A DNA stretch of 57,645 nt, taken from assembly GCA_048213135.1 (NCBI GenBank), contig PS015105.1, positions 53,638 to 111,282 on the forward strand, in the 5' to 3' direction. Numbering within the stretch: position 1 is the first letter of the stretch; each line of letters begins with the position of its first letter. Positions 23,129-36,100 of the stretch are shown in pieces. The notes beneath the pieces are model-generated. The model searched no databases and was not told where the DNA came from. It was given only the letters and a program-made list of their open reading frames with translations. The position numbers and the translations under genes are program-made. Source of the stretch: Reclinomonas americana ATCC 50394. Lineage: Eukaryota.

Positions 23129-26100
23129 TCACATGGCTAGCCGCCGTTTGGAGGACGGTCGACCAGCACTGGACGACGGCGAATGCGCAGTCATATTCAC
23201 GTCGGTGATGGTGGCAGCCGCCAGTGCCGACGGCAAGCCCTTGCCTCGTCGTTTCGGAGTGCCATCCGAAACCGGCGTCACCACCGCCGCTGCTGCAGGT
23301 GGTGGCGACGAAACATGTAGTGGAACTGGCAAGCCACCGTCAAGTGGCGGCAGACTCGCCATCAACACGTCCGGTGACTCACCCGGCGCCGCGGGCCATA
23401 CAGGCAACGGCGGTAGTGGTGGAATCGTCGACGTGGCCGACGAGGCCGACGACGATGATGATGACGACGACAGCGCATCGGCTCCTCCAACTGTAGTGGT
23501 TGTTGTGGTCGTCGTTGTCGTTGTCGTTGTGCTGTCGTCACCATACCGAATGTCGCTCCGATCAATCACCGGCATGCACGGTCGTGCGGGCGGCACGGCC
23601 AGATGAAGAAGTGAGTACGGCGCGCCGTAGTTGACCGAATCCACCTCCGACGTCGGCAGCGACGACGCCGCATGTCGATGTGTGCCCGTTGCCACCGGCA
23701 CAGCCGGCACTGCCCCACCAGGTGGGACAATGCCGGCGGCCAGCATCGCAGCATGTCGCGCTTTCCGCCTCTTTTCTTGCATCTTGAGAAACGCCTCGTA
23801 GGCAGCCTTCTCCCGTCTCTGCCGCACACCATGTGCCTTCACGTACGACAGCAGCTCTGGGTCGTCGGCCAGCAGCTCCTGCAGTGAGACCTCCTGCACC
23901 GCCTGAGCTGCAGTCTCTGACTCGACCACGGTCGCCACCTCTGCTGCTGCTGCTGCTGCAGCCGCAGCCGCCGCCGCTGCCGAAACCGTCGCCATTGGTG
24001 TGAACTCGGATTCGCCAGCATTGTGCATGGTTGCAGTCGTCGTCGACGCAGTGCGTGCTGCAGTGGTGTCATCCTCGTCCAGCTCGCCGTCCAACAACGA
24101 GTCGTCCTTGGTGAGGTGCTCGTCCAACATGTCGGAATCGAGCGAGAACGGCGGTGGTGAGAACCAGTCGTTGGGCTCCTGCGACGACGGCGTGTCAATG
24201 TCCATCGGTGGCGAGCCACCGACCCCCGTCGAGATGGGTNNNNNNNNNNNNNNNNNNNNNNNNNNNNNNNNNNNNNNNNNNNNNNNNNNNNNNNNNNNNN
24301 NNNNNNNNNNNNNNNNNNNNNNNNNNNNNNNNNNNNNNNNNNNNNNNNNNNNNNNNNNNNNNNNNNNNNNNNNNNNNNNNNNNNNNNNNNNNNNNNNNNN
24401 NNNNNNNNNNNNNNNNNNNNNNNNNNNNNNNNNNNNNNNNNNNNNNNNNNNNNNNNNNNNNNNNNNNNNNNNNNNNNNNNNNNNNNNNNNNNNNNNNNNN
24501 NNNNNNNNNNNNNNNNNNNNNNNNNNNNNNNNNNNNNNNNNNNNNNNNNNNNNNNNNNNNNNNNNNNNNNNNNNNNNNNNNNNNNNNNNNNNNNNNNNNN
24601 NNNNNNNNNNNNNNNNNNNNNNNNNNNNNNNNNNNNNNNNNNNNNNNNNNNNNNNNNNNNNNNNNNNNNNNNNNNNNNNNNNNNNNNNNNNNNNNNNNNN
24701 NNNNNNNNNNNNNNNNNNNNNNNNNNNNNNNNNNNNNNNNNNNNNNNNNNNNNNNNNNNNNNNNNNNNNNNNNNNNNNNNNNNNNNNNNNNNNNNNNNNN
24801 NNNNNNNNNNNNNNNNNNNNNNNNNNNNNNNNNNNNNNNNNNNNNNNNNNNNNNNNNNNNNNNNNNNNNNNNNNNNNNNNNNNNNNNNNNNNNNNNNNNN
24901 NNNNNNNNNNNNNNNNNNNNNNNNNNNNNNNNNNNNNNNNNNNNNNGGCCGGTCGCCACGGGTACTGACCCAGTAGTGTCGCCGACACCAGCGGCCGTGA
25001 GGCGGAGCCCTCGACGCCATCATCGAGTGCCACCGTGTCGAGCCGCCCAAACTTGCTCTCGTCGTCGTCCTCCTCCCCGACGGCCTCCATGCTCACATCA
25101 CCCGTGGTCAGCAGTGGCGACGATGGCGGCGGTGCCAGTCGCCACGAAGGAGTCTCGACAGCATACGGCAGCGATCTGGAGACCTCCGACACCGGCAGCA
25201 GATGTGGCGGCAGCTCCACACACGCAGCCTCTGCCACAGCATGCGCATTTGCCGAATGACTGCCTGACGAGGTCGCCAGGAGCGCATTGTGCACGACAGC
25301 CGGAATCGACCGCGTCAGGACCACATTCGTCGTCGGCGTCACGAGTCGCGAGTCGGTGCGCAGCTGTCGCGCAGTGGTCTGATCCACCGGCAGCATACCA
25401 GACAGGAAACGGCGACCGACACACGGCGCCGTCGGCGGCACAAACGACGGGGTCGAGAGCGCCAGTGCAGTCGGTGCGCCCGGCACGTCGTGTCTTATCA
25501 AGTCGGGCAGCTCAGAGCGCGCGCTGGCGGCCCACATGAGCGCCGACAGCGACACACTGCGCAACACTGACGTGGCCGGCAACACGGTGATGGCCCCCTG
25601 CGGCAACGACGACGGTGATCCGACAGCCGGACCGCAGTTGGCCACCGCAGCCATGGCGGCGGCGGCGAGAGCGAGACGACCGCGTGTCGCCCGCTGACCC
25701 TCAGCAACGGGGGAATTCGGTGCCTCGCCGCCATCAACAGTGATGAGGTAGAGACGGTGTAGGGTGGACTGTGCGGCCGCCATCGATGCCAACCATTCAC
25801 GAATGTACGGCGACACGGCCCGCTTCTTCTCCGCCGTTTGCAGCTAAAGGTGCGGAGTGCGTGAGCACGGCTGAGGACAAAGAGGAAACAAAGCATCTCA
25901 TCTGAAAAACTCGGCACTGACCTGCAGACGTGCGGCACACCGCGAGCAACAACCACCGGTCTTGGAGTAGCGCAGTCGAATGGCATGCAGGAGCTCTTGG
26001 TCGACATCGAGGCCGAAAAACAGAGTGACATCGTCGTCCGGCAGCACACTCGCCGCCTCGGTGGCGGCCGTCGATAGCGGTGACACCAGCATGCCGGCAG

Positions 26101-29100
26101 CAGAAGCAGAGTCGGCACCATCCGACGAGATCTCGCCCAGCGGACGCTTCCGCCCGACGAGCACCGCATCACGCACCAGAGCCAGTCCACCGTTAGGCTG
26201 CGCACAACGGGAAGGGGGCATGAGTTACTGACAGATAGTGTCGCACACCAAAAACCAAAATCATCACTTGCCTCTTGCTTGGATGGTCTGTCGGCGGCCC
26301 TGACATGCAGGTACTGCAGCTCGTCGCGCGCCGCTGGCATCAACGACGTGACCATTTGCCGCCGATGGTCGTACCCGCGGTACACGTAGTAATGGTACGG
26401 GAGCGACCACAGTGCCGCCGAATCCCACGCCGCTGCAATTCGAGTGTCACACACACAGCCAAGTGTGAAAAAAGCACGTGGCCATCGCAGTCACGCAACT
26501 CTCTTCCGAGTCCACCATGTACACACACGCCACACCATACACCGACGACATGAGGTTCACGCATAGCCTTTCGGTGACAAACAACTCGCCACCCCAGTGC
26601 GGACGGCATCTGTCACATGAAATACATGAATACACATGTTTTTTCACGGCATCGGAAAAAAAGGGCGGAGACAGTACGCAACGGTGGTTGAATGCTCATG
26701 TCCGACTCGGTGAGATTGAGATCGCACGGACGGTAGAACCATCGGCCGATGAACCAGTGTCTGTGTTGCTCGTCCTCGAAGAAGCCCAGCACTTGCGCAC
26801 ATTGGCAGTCTCCGGCCTTGACAACATATAGAGTGTCAGTGAGCAACAACGAATAGTATGCATCGACGTCAACAGCACGATGAGCACCTTTTGAGATGCC
26901 GGAAGAAGCACAAAGTCATTGAGGAACACCATGGTGCCGTCCTCAAATCGGTAGCCCAGTGCCTGCTGCGGTTCCACACTCATGCCGCTCTCGACATCCT
27001 CCAGCACCGCCGCCAGCGGCACAGTGTTCTCGAGGATAAATGAGCCTGGAGTCGGTACGTCGGCAATGACCTCGTGCATCCGCTGCATGGTCGGAATGTC
27101 GCCGTCGCTCGATTCGCCCAACATGAACGCCGACGGGTGACTCATACTCAGTGCCGGCACGAGTGACGCTGGCGATGGAATCGCCACTGCTGGCGCGAAG
27201 GAGAAGCTGCCGGCAGTGGGTGCCGCTGCCGTTGTTGGCGTCAGCGACAGTTCCGTAGGCAACGGTGGCAGCGGGGGCAGTGCCACACCACCACTCGACG
27301 CTCCTGCATCTCCGTTGCCGTTGCTTCTCAGCGGCTCCACGCCGAGACCACGTCCAGCAGCAAGTGCCTGCAGCGCGACGGAGGCCGGAGCCAACGACGG
27401 CGACAACAACACAGGTGTGGCAGGAGACGCAGTCGCCGGTGGTGGTTGTGGTGTTGCTGCTGCTGCTGCGACTGCTGGCGGCGGCGGCGGCGGTGGTGGT
27501 GGTTGCGGCGGTGCCGCCGCCGTGGCGCTGGTTGGTGTCAGCGAGGTGGCGACCGGCGGCAAGGCCGGTGTCATGGCCGGCGGCAACGTGGGCGACGTGA
27601 GCAGCAGGCCAGCAGTGTGCGGCAGCTTCCCGCGACCCCGTGGAGGTGGGGAGGTTGGTGTGGCGGTGATGGGCGATGAAAACAACGGTGTCGCAATGTC
27701 CGCCTGCGCAGCGCCACCCGCAGCACCATTGGTGTCACTGTGTGGACGTAAAGCAGCCGGTTCGTCGGCCGAATCGGCGGGCCGATGCCGCTTGCGCGGT
27801 GGAGACGACCCAGAGGACGCGTTGTCGGGTGAGATCGCCGATGTAGCAGCCGACAACGACGCCGGCGGCGGTAGCGAGCCCAGCAGCGACATGGACGGCA
27901 GCGACGGCAGCGGCGGGATTAGAGAGGCAGCTGCGGCGTCCACCGACATGGTTGCGGAGTCCGCATGTGGCGCCGACATGGCCGACACGGCGCGTGGAGG
28001 CAACAGCAGTGGCCGCGAGCGATGCTTCTCCGTGGCGAGCATCCGCACCAGCTTGTAGGGCGCCAGGTGATGCAGCACCGGGTCACGCAGTTGGTGCTGC
28101 TGGTCATGAAATGGTGGGGCGCGAGGGCGCTGTGTGTGCGCGGGGGATAATTTAAATGAGCACATGTGGCGGGGCTCACACACACAAATACTCAACAAGC
28201 AAGGAGACAAACCGTCAGCAGTTTCGACACATCGCTGGGACCCGATGAACGACGCGTCGACACCGATCCACCGGCGAATGGTGGAGGCGGCGGCACTTGT
28301 GGCGCTCCAAACATGGGTGAGAAGGATGCGCCCAGTGCTGATGCGGCCGATGCGTGTGGCAAGTCTGCTCGATCGACGGCATTCATCATCAGCACGTCGG
28401 GGAGCATTGTCGACGAGGCCGACGATGAGCGCGTGTGAGGGTGGTGCGCACCACCCACAAACGACAGCGGCGGCGGCGGCGGCACGAGCGTCGACGACAG
28501 CGGTGGTGGAAGCAGCGGTGGCGGTGACGAATCCGACGTCACCGACGTGGTGGTCACACTCGTGGAGGTGCCGTGCGAGCTCGCACGGCGTGTGGTCGGT
28601 GTCGACGCCGCAAACGGCGAGTGCTGACTGTGCGACTTGTGCGAGCCAGCCGCCGGTCGAGGCGGTGGCGCAGGAGTGAGAGAAATGCGGGAGAGCACGG
28701 CGGCCGACCGACTGCCCTTGTTGGCACCGGAAGGCGACGACGGCCCATCGCCCTTCTTGACACGTGCGCTGGCGGCCACGGCCTCCGCAGCCACAATCGC
28801 AAACGAATCCGGGTCGGTGACCTCTTTCGGTGGCGCCAGCAAGCACGGAGGAACTGCTGGACGTGCGGAAGAGGGGAAGAAGTTAAGGAGTGACAAAATA
28901 CGGATACTCGCATCTGGCAAGGCTTCAAGAGACAAAAGGATATTGTTCAGTGGAAAGTACGACGACAGGCCGCGCAACGTCCAGTAGCCTGCACAACACA
29001 CGAGAGAAAAAAGGTTGAGTGTGCATGTGGTGATAAAGATACGGAATGGGGGGTTGACAGCACCAGATTCCAAGCCAACTTCAACACTCGATTGAAAAAT

Positions 29101-29999
29101 GGGTCTCCGTGTGGTGATGCTGGCCGAAATCGTGTTGGGCCACGTTGACGTGCCTGGCGAACACGAACGGGTGAGGGGAGTGGTAGTGTACACAAAGGGA
29201 AACAAACAACGAAACGAGTCTTGTCGTAGCACACAAGTCGCCAGTGCTTGTCAATGTAGTTGCAGATTTCGGAGGTCTTGAAGAAGCGCCGGCAGTCGGT
29301 GAGCGCGTGCTCCACAATGAGACGGAAGAGCGCGATACGAGCACACTCGGACCACTTGCGCCCGAGCATCTCAAAGCGCTCCACTGCACCAGACGCGCCA
29401 CCACTACTCGCGGCAGCTGCAGCAGCGGCAGCAGCCGCCGCACGTTTCTTGGAAGAGCCACTGCCGGCGCCCGCATTGCAATTGGCGCAGGTGAACTTGT
29501 AGAACGTGTCGCCAATGCCAATGGGCACCGAGTCGCCACCCATCTTCAAGCAGCCTACAAACAAATCATCAGCTATGCGCGCGCGCGAAATGCACCCATC
29601 AATCATCATCACAGGCGACTAATTTATCCCCCCACACACACACACACGAATGGTGCGCGCACGCGCTCGTGTGTGAGAGAGTGAGTACGCAACTCTTGTG
29701 ATACATACCACCGCACGAGTCGCAGCACAGCATCGGGTCCGCTCTGTATCGACACACTCATCAGAAATCAAAATGCATGCACATTACGCACACACACGCA
29801 AAGCACAAGTGTGCATATGTGTGTGTGCGTGTAGGCGCGCGGAAGTGCGCAAGTGCGTGTGTGTGTGTATCTCTCTCTGCAAACGCAACAATCGATACCC
29901 CCCATCGCAGTAGCAGTAGACATCATCGTCGCGAAAGGCAAACTTTGCAAACACATCCACCTCTTGCGCCGACAGGTCTTCCTTGTTCTTGCGACCCAT
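23129..29999 (-). CDS. Large chromatin protein: ASH2L-type atypical PHD + winged helix, low-complexity linker, BAH domain
   Basis: Spliced YCYCDGGADPMLCCDSCGGMYHKSC...DTFYKFTCANC...ERFE...W...ALFRL...FFKTSEICNYIDKHW...TWPNTISASIT. BAH-like segment VFLNDFVLL...CAQVLGFFED...WFIGRWFYRPCD...ELFVT (about 26500-26960). The gap at 24240-24946 means continuity of the 3' part is inferred. Confidence 0.8.
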
Positions 30000-30270
30000 C
30001 TTCTCTCCTCACACACACGCACCACGCAGACGAGTGTGTGTCAGAGAGCGAGAGAGACACACACACACACGTGCGCAAGACGGTGTGCGCGCGCAAGACA
30101 ATGTGCGCGTGACAGGCACACACAGCAGGAAATGCAGATGTGCACTGTGAACACAATGCGCCTCGCACACACGCGCGCGCTTTGCAATGCACGGACAATC
30201 ACCGCAGCCACGTCACCCGCCACTGTCCACTTGCACATCTATTTCACGCATCGTGTGAGCAAAAGAGAAC

Positions 30271-30926
30271 ATGGGATCATCATCATCACAGTCGGAGCAG
30301 CAGCAGTACGCGAGCAATGGAGACGAGCGCGCAGCCATGATGCGCCGCTCTCCGTGGCAGCACGGACGCGGCAATGTGCCGACCATGGAGGGCGAGGAGA
30401 TTGACGCGTTTGACCCGCGCTCTCCCCTCGCACGCCGCACACCGCTCAAGTACGCCATTGAGGTGCAAGACCGCAAGAAGAAGCCAGTCGCCGCCGAGGA
30501 TGCAGCAGCAGGTGAGCGCCAACCGAGAGAGCGAGTTGTCTTGCGTGGAAATGTGACACTGACGCGTGCCATGTGCGTGCTGTGTGCGCAGAGTTGCATG
30601 TGCGACAGCCGCAGTTGGACACGGCGCCTACACACGCGCCTAGCCGCTTTGCACCTGCGCCTCCTGCGGTCGCAGAAGACGAAGGCGTGGCGAGTGCCAG
30701 CGACAGCGACGATGACGATGGCAGGAGCCCGTTGGCGTCCGTTGCGGTCATTGGAGGCATGTTGTCGAGCATGAGCAACAGCAACAGCAGCAAGGGCATT
30801 AGTGCACCGGGCACGCCGTCCAAGCTGGCGCCGGTGCCGGCCTTCCATCGCAACTCGCCAGTGGCGAGTGGCAGTGGTCGGCGGTACTCGGATGCGGTGC
30901 CTTCGTCGCCCTCGCGCTCGCGATGA
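30271..30926 (+). CDS. Small disordered protein, putatively N-myristoylated, CDCA3/Tome-1-like motif
   Basis: Two exons (intron 30512-30591). Starts MGSSSS and contains FDPRSPLARRTP with many SP/TP sites. Confidence 0.65.
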
Positions 30927-31289
30927 TCTTTTTTAGAGGTCCTTTTCGTCTCTTGTGTGTACCGCGGCCCTTGCGAGGAGCGAGAGGTGTAGAAGCGGAG
31001 AGCTTTTTTCGTGTTTTTTTGTCGATTATTTTTGATTATGTAATGTACGTCCCCAACAGTGGCTGTGATTGATATGGTTCACTGCTCGTGCACATGTACG
31101 CACATAGCGATGCACTCATTAGTCCTCCTTTGGTGGTGGTGGTCCGCACGGTTGCAGCATTTTCTGTGTCGGAGAAAATGCACGCGGTGAGCATGAGTCG
31201 AATATTCTCTGTTCAACGCAAGTCCCCATCAACAGCACTTGCATTCTGCCTCGGTCTGTGCAGTCGTACTCCAACAGTCCTGCTGAATG

Positions 31290-32329
31290 TTGCCTCCATC
31301 TCACTTCGCATTCTCGTCTCTGTGCTCCTTCATTCCTCTGTCATGCAGCTTTCTTGTTCTCGCCATGCATTCTGCAAGTCTCTTTCTCTCTTTCCTGCAC
31401 TTTACCTCAATCTCTACTATCGTCCTTCTCGGCTTGCTTTTTGTCTCCTCTCTGCTCCTTCATTCCTCTGTCGCGCAGCTTTGCTGTGCTCTCCACCTTC
31501 TTCCCTCGCCCTTTCGCATTCACAGCTTCTCGCCATGCACTCTGTGCATTGCAAGTCTCATTCACTCTCTCCCACACTGCTGTCTACCTTCTCAGTCTTC
31601 TCCCTTCATACTCTCGTGGCCCTGCAGTTTTCCATGTCACCTTGCATCCTGTTCTCTACGTGCTCTCTGTTCCTTTACTCTCCCCCTCCAGTCCAAGCAT
31701 TCTGCCTTACTCAGCTGTCTTCCTTCTCGCCTCGCAATCTGTGCAGTGCAGCTCTCCCTCCCAAGATATTGTCTCGGTCCCTGCTGTCTTCCTTCTCACC
31801 CTGCTTTCTGTGCATCGCAAGCCTCACTCTCTCCCTCTGCACACATTCTGCTCCTGCACCTTATCTACACTGCCTTCCTTCTCGCTTCGCTTTCTGTCTT
31901 CTGCATACTCTCTTGTTCCTGCTGTCTTCCTTCTCGCCTTGCATTCTGTTTTGTGTGCTCTTGATCTTCTTCCCTCGCCCTTTCTCATTCATAGCTACTT
32001 GTCTTGCATCCTGTTCATCGCAAGTCTCCCTGCATTCATGCCGCCTCAGTCCTTGCAGTCTTTCTCACCCTGCTTTCTGTTCATCGCAAGCCTCATTCCC
32101 ACCCTCAACAACACACACTCTGCTTAGGATCCTGCAGTCTTGCTTCTCGCCTTGCTTTCTGTCACCCTCCCTTCTCGTTGTCTTGTATCCTTGATGTCTT
32201 TTTTCTCAAATCGCATTCTGTTCATCACAAGTCGCCCTTCCTTCCTGCTGCCTCCGGCCCTGCAGTCTCTTCTCGCCATGCTTCTGTTCTGTGTACTCTC
32301 TCCCTCTCCCCTCCCTCCACTCCCTCTCG
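31290..32329. repeat. Degenerate pyrimidine-rich repeat / low-complexity tract
   Basis: Recurring words tgctccttcattcctctgtc (31323, 31453), tctcaccctgctttctgtNcatcgcaagcctca (31794, 32063) and cttctcgcc (many copies). Confidence 0.75.
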
Positions 32330-33174
32330 NNNNNNNNNNNNNNNNNNNNNNNNNNNNNNNNNNNNNNNNNNNNNNNNNNNNNNNNNNNNNNNNNNNNNNN
32401 NNNNNNNNNNNNNNNNNNNNNNNNNNNNNNNNNNNNNNNNNNNNNNNNNNNNNNNNNNNNNNNNNNNNNNNNNNNNNNNNNNNNNNNNNNNNNNNNNNNN
32501 NNNNNNNNNNNNNNNNNNNNNNNNNNNNNNNNNNNNNNNNNNNNNNNNNNNNNNNNNNNNNNNNNNNNNNNNNNNNNNNNNNNNNNNNNNNNNNNNNNNN
32601 NNNNNNNNNNNNNNNNNNNNNNNNNNNNNNNNNNNNNNNNNNNNNNNNNNNNNNNNNNNNNNNNNNNNNNNNNNNNNNNNNNNNNNNNNNNNNNNNNNNN
32701 NNNNNNNNNNNNNNNNNNNNNNNNNNNNNNNNNNNNNNNNNNNNNNNNNNNNNNNNNNNNNNNNNNNNNNNNNNNNNNNNNNNNNNNNNNNNNNNNNNNN
32801 NNNNNNNNNNNNNNNNNNNNNNNNNNNNNNNNNNNNNNNNNNNNNNNNNNNNNNNNNNNNNNNNNNNNNNNNNNNNNNNNNNNNNNNNNNNNNNNNNNNN
32901 NNNNNNNNNNNNNNNNNNNNNNNNNNNNNNNNNNNNNNNNNNNNNNNNNNNNNNNNNNNNNNNNNNNNNNNNNNNNNNNNNNNNNNNNNNNNNNNNNNNN
33001 NNNNNNNNNNNNNNNNNNNNNNNNNNNNNNNNNNNNNNNNNNNNNNNNNNNNNNNNNNNNNNNNNNNNNNNNNNNNNNNNNNNNNNNNNNNNNNNNNNNN
33101 NNNNNNNNNNNNNNNNNNNNNNNNNNNNNNNNNNNNNNNNNNNNNNNNNNNNNNNNNNNNNNNNNNNNNNNNNN

Positions 33175-36100
33175 GACGTCGCATCGCCGAAGTCGAGGAA
33201 CAGCTGGCCACGCACAAGCGGGCGGCAAAGGAGACGACGGAGCAGCAACTCGTCGAGTGCGAGCAGCAGTGGTGCGTTTTCAGAAAAAAGAACAATGGAC
33301 GTGCCGTCGTGAGTCTCACTACTCCCGTTCCCCATCATGCAGGTTGGCGGCGACACAGGAAATCGAGATGCGCTTGACCACGCAGCTGAACGACATGCGC
33401 AAGGCCATGGAGGATGTGGAGACGAAGAACCGCCTCATGCAGCAGTCGATTGCCGAGTTTGAGGGCACACAGAATGGGATCAAGCAGAAACTGCGGTGAG
33501 TGTCAAGTGCCATCCACCACCACCACCATATGTTTGTGGCACTCACCGCAAAGCAGAGCGCGAGACGGATCACTGGCCGACATTCGTGCACAGCTGGACG
33601 ACGCACGGCAGCAGCTGTCGGAACGCGATCGCATGATCGACATGCTGCGCATGGACATTGAGGCCATCACCAAAGAACTCATTGGACAGACGCAGTGCTT
33701 GGAGAGAGATCACCATGTGTGTCGTGAACTGACCGCTCGCGTGGAAGAGTTGCATCGCGAGCGTGCACAGTTGATGACCAGCAACAAGGTGAGAGCAATA
33801 ATACTGGCACGGCGGCCCCATAACGCGCGTGTGCTCACCGCCGGTGAGTCGCAGACATTGGAGGAGGGCAAACTGGTAGCCGAGGGAATGGTGGAGCTGC
33901 TGCGACAGCAGCTGAACAAGTTTACACGCTCAAACTCGCTATCGCACGAATTCGAGCAGCAGACGCGACAGTTGGAAGAGATGAACGCCTCACTGGTACG
34001 TTGTGGCAGACAAGACTCAGGAGCAAATGATGCCGACTCTTACCATCTCTACGCCGCACACAGATGACCAAACTGGGCGAAGGTAATGCCGACCGGGAAC
34101 GCCTGGCTGGCGAGCTTGAGCAATCGCGCCAGAAGATTCGCGAAGCAGAGGAGCGCGCCAACACGCTGGCGCAGCAGCTGGACAACAAGGACAAGCATCA
34201 CCGCAAACTGGTCTGTGAGCATGCCGAATTGCGCAAGAAGGTGAGAGACGGCGCGCAGATGCAAACGTATCGCGACTGCGCACCAACACGTGAGTGCAGG
34301 AACAAGAGTGGGAGGAGGAGAAGCAGCAAATGTCGGGTAAGGTGACACACCACACCGATCTGGTGTCGCGTGCCAACGACACCGTGGCGCAACTGAATCG
34401 GCGCATCGAGCGACTGGAGAAGGCCAACCGCGAGCACGTGCAACAGAGCGAGGAGCTCAGAAAGTGCGTCGTGAGTGGAAAGAATGCCATTCCAACTGTA
34501 TGCTCATCCACATGGCTATTGTGTTTTTTATGTGGGTGCAGGCAAGCGCAGGACCAAGCAGACCTGATACAGCGACTCCGACAGCAAGTCGATGTGCAAC
34601 GCGAATCACTGGACCAGTCGGAGAAAGACATTGCCAGCTTGCGGCTAAAGGAGAAGCACTTGCAGGAGGCATTGAAGGAGAGCAATCAGCGAGTCGCTCT
34701 CTTCCACACTGACGCCCGTGAGATCGTGACGCACACTGAGAGGTTTGAGTGCAGGAGTCGACAACACTGTAGTTGCCGTCACTCACTTGTTCATTTGCAG
34801 ATTGGTGGCCGACAACGAGACACTGAAATCGACACTGCGAGATCGCGATGCGACGATTGCTGTGCAATCATTGAGTCTGAAACAGATGGCCGAGGAGAGT
34901 GAGAGGCGGCACGCCGAGCAACGCCAGGCCAACGAGCAGCAAGTGCAGAGACTGCGGCAGGAGATGACCTCGATGCACGCTGCGCAGGTCAATGTGGAGG
35001 CCGAGCTGGCCGAGGCGTCGGCGATTAACAATGAGGTCGGTGACGTGCTGATCTTTGCACCCTTGCCACCCACGATGCTCATTGGTGCATCAATCCGTAC
35101 AGTTTCGTCTCTTGTTGCACGAGAGCACGGTGCAATGTTCGCACCTGGAGGCTGCACTTGCGCAGGTGCACGAAAGCGAGAGGCACTTGCGATCGTCGGT
35201 GGTGGAGGCGGGCCAGACGGAGCGCCGAGCCGCCGAGCTGGAGCAGCAGCTGAATGAGCTGCGCCTTGCGCATGTCGAGACGGAGACCAAGGTGCGAGGA
35301 TAACGACGAAAAATACGTACTATGTGGTTTACTAACGATTTTGGCACAGTTGGCCAGCGCAACGCAAGAGCACGAGGCACTGCAAAGCAAATACGCCTCG
35401 TTGCAGCAGCGACTAAAGGAGGCCGACAAGACTCGAACAGCACTGCAGAAGGAGCGTGAGGAGCTGCAAGCACAGCACGCGACGCTGGAGAGCGAGTTGA
35501 AGCGAGAACAAGCTGTTGGTCGCCGGACAAAGGTGCGTTGCCGACGATGGTGCTGTCGACTCTCTGTATTATTTCGTACTCACGCAGGCACGCATGCACA
35601 CGCACGCACAGGAGGAACTGCAGAAGCGCATGGATCAGCTGCGAAAGAAGGAGCGTTCCAGCATGGAGAATGGCACACGAGCCCGTGACCTGGAAGACGA
35701 GGTTCACAGACTCGGCGAGCGCCATGAGCAGATGCGCCAGTTTGTCAGCCGACTCAGCAGCCTGATGGCGGCCCGGCGATCGCTGAGTGCCACTGGCATG
35801 GGTGAGTCGACAAGCTGCATCCATAGGAGAATGAGAGTCTCACCAGTTTGTATTGTCGTAGCTGCTCTGGATGGAGACACGGTGTTGCTGGAGGCAGCGC
35901 TGTTTGAGCAGGATCTTCCACGCTGCCTGGAGCGCCTCGGCACCTGGCTGGATGAGGTGTGTCGCTCATAGCCGCGTACCGTGTGTACGCAAGGAGAGGC
36001 ACTCACGTGTGTTGTGTGGCATGCAGACTCTGGTTGCGGGAGAGGACGCACAACGCATGACAGTGCAACTGGAGGCCGCCGTACTGGAGCTCGCTCGAGG

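Noticed and set aside
31088-32194. Three long overlapping plus-strand ORFs (368, 289, 225 aa)
   Set aside because: Openness is explained by A-poor low-complexity composition. Products are Ser/Leu/Cys/Phe noise with no introns, unlike real genes here.
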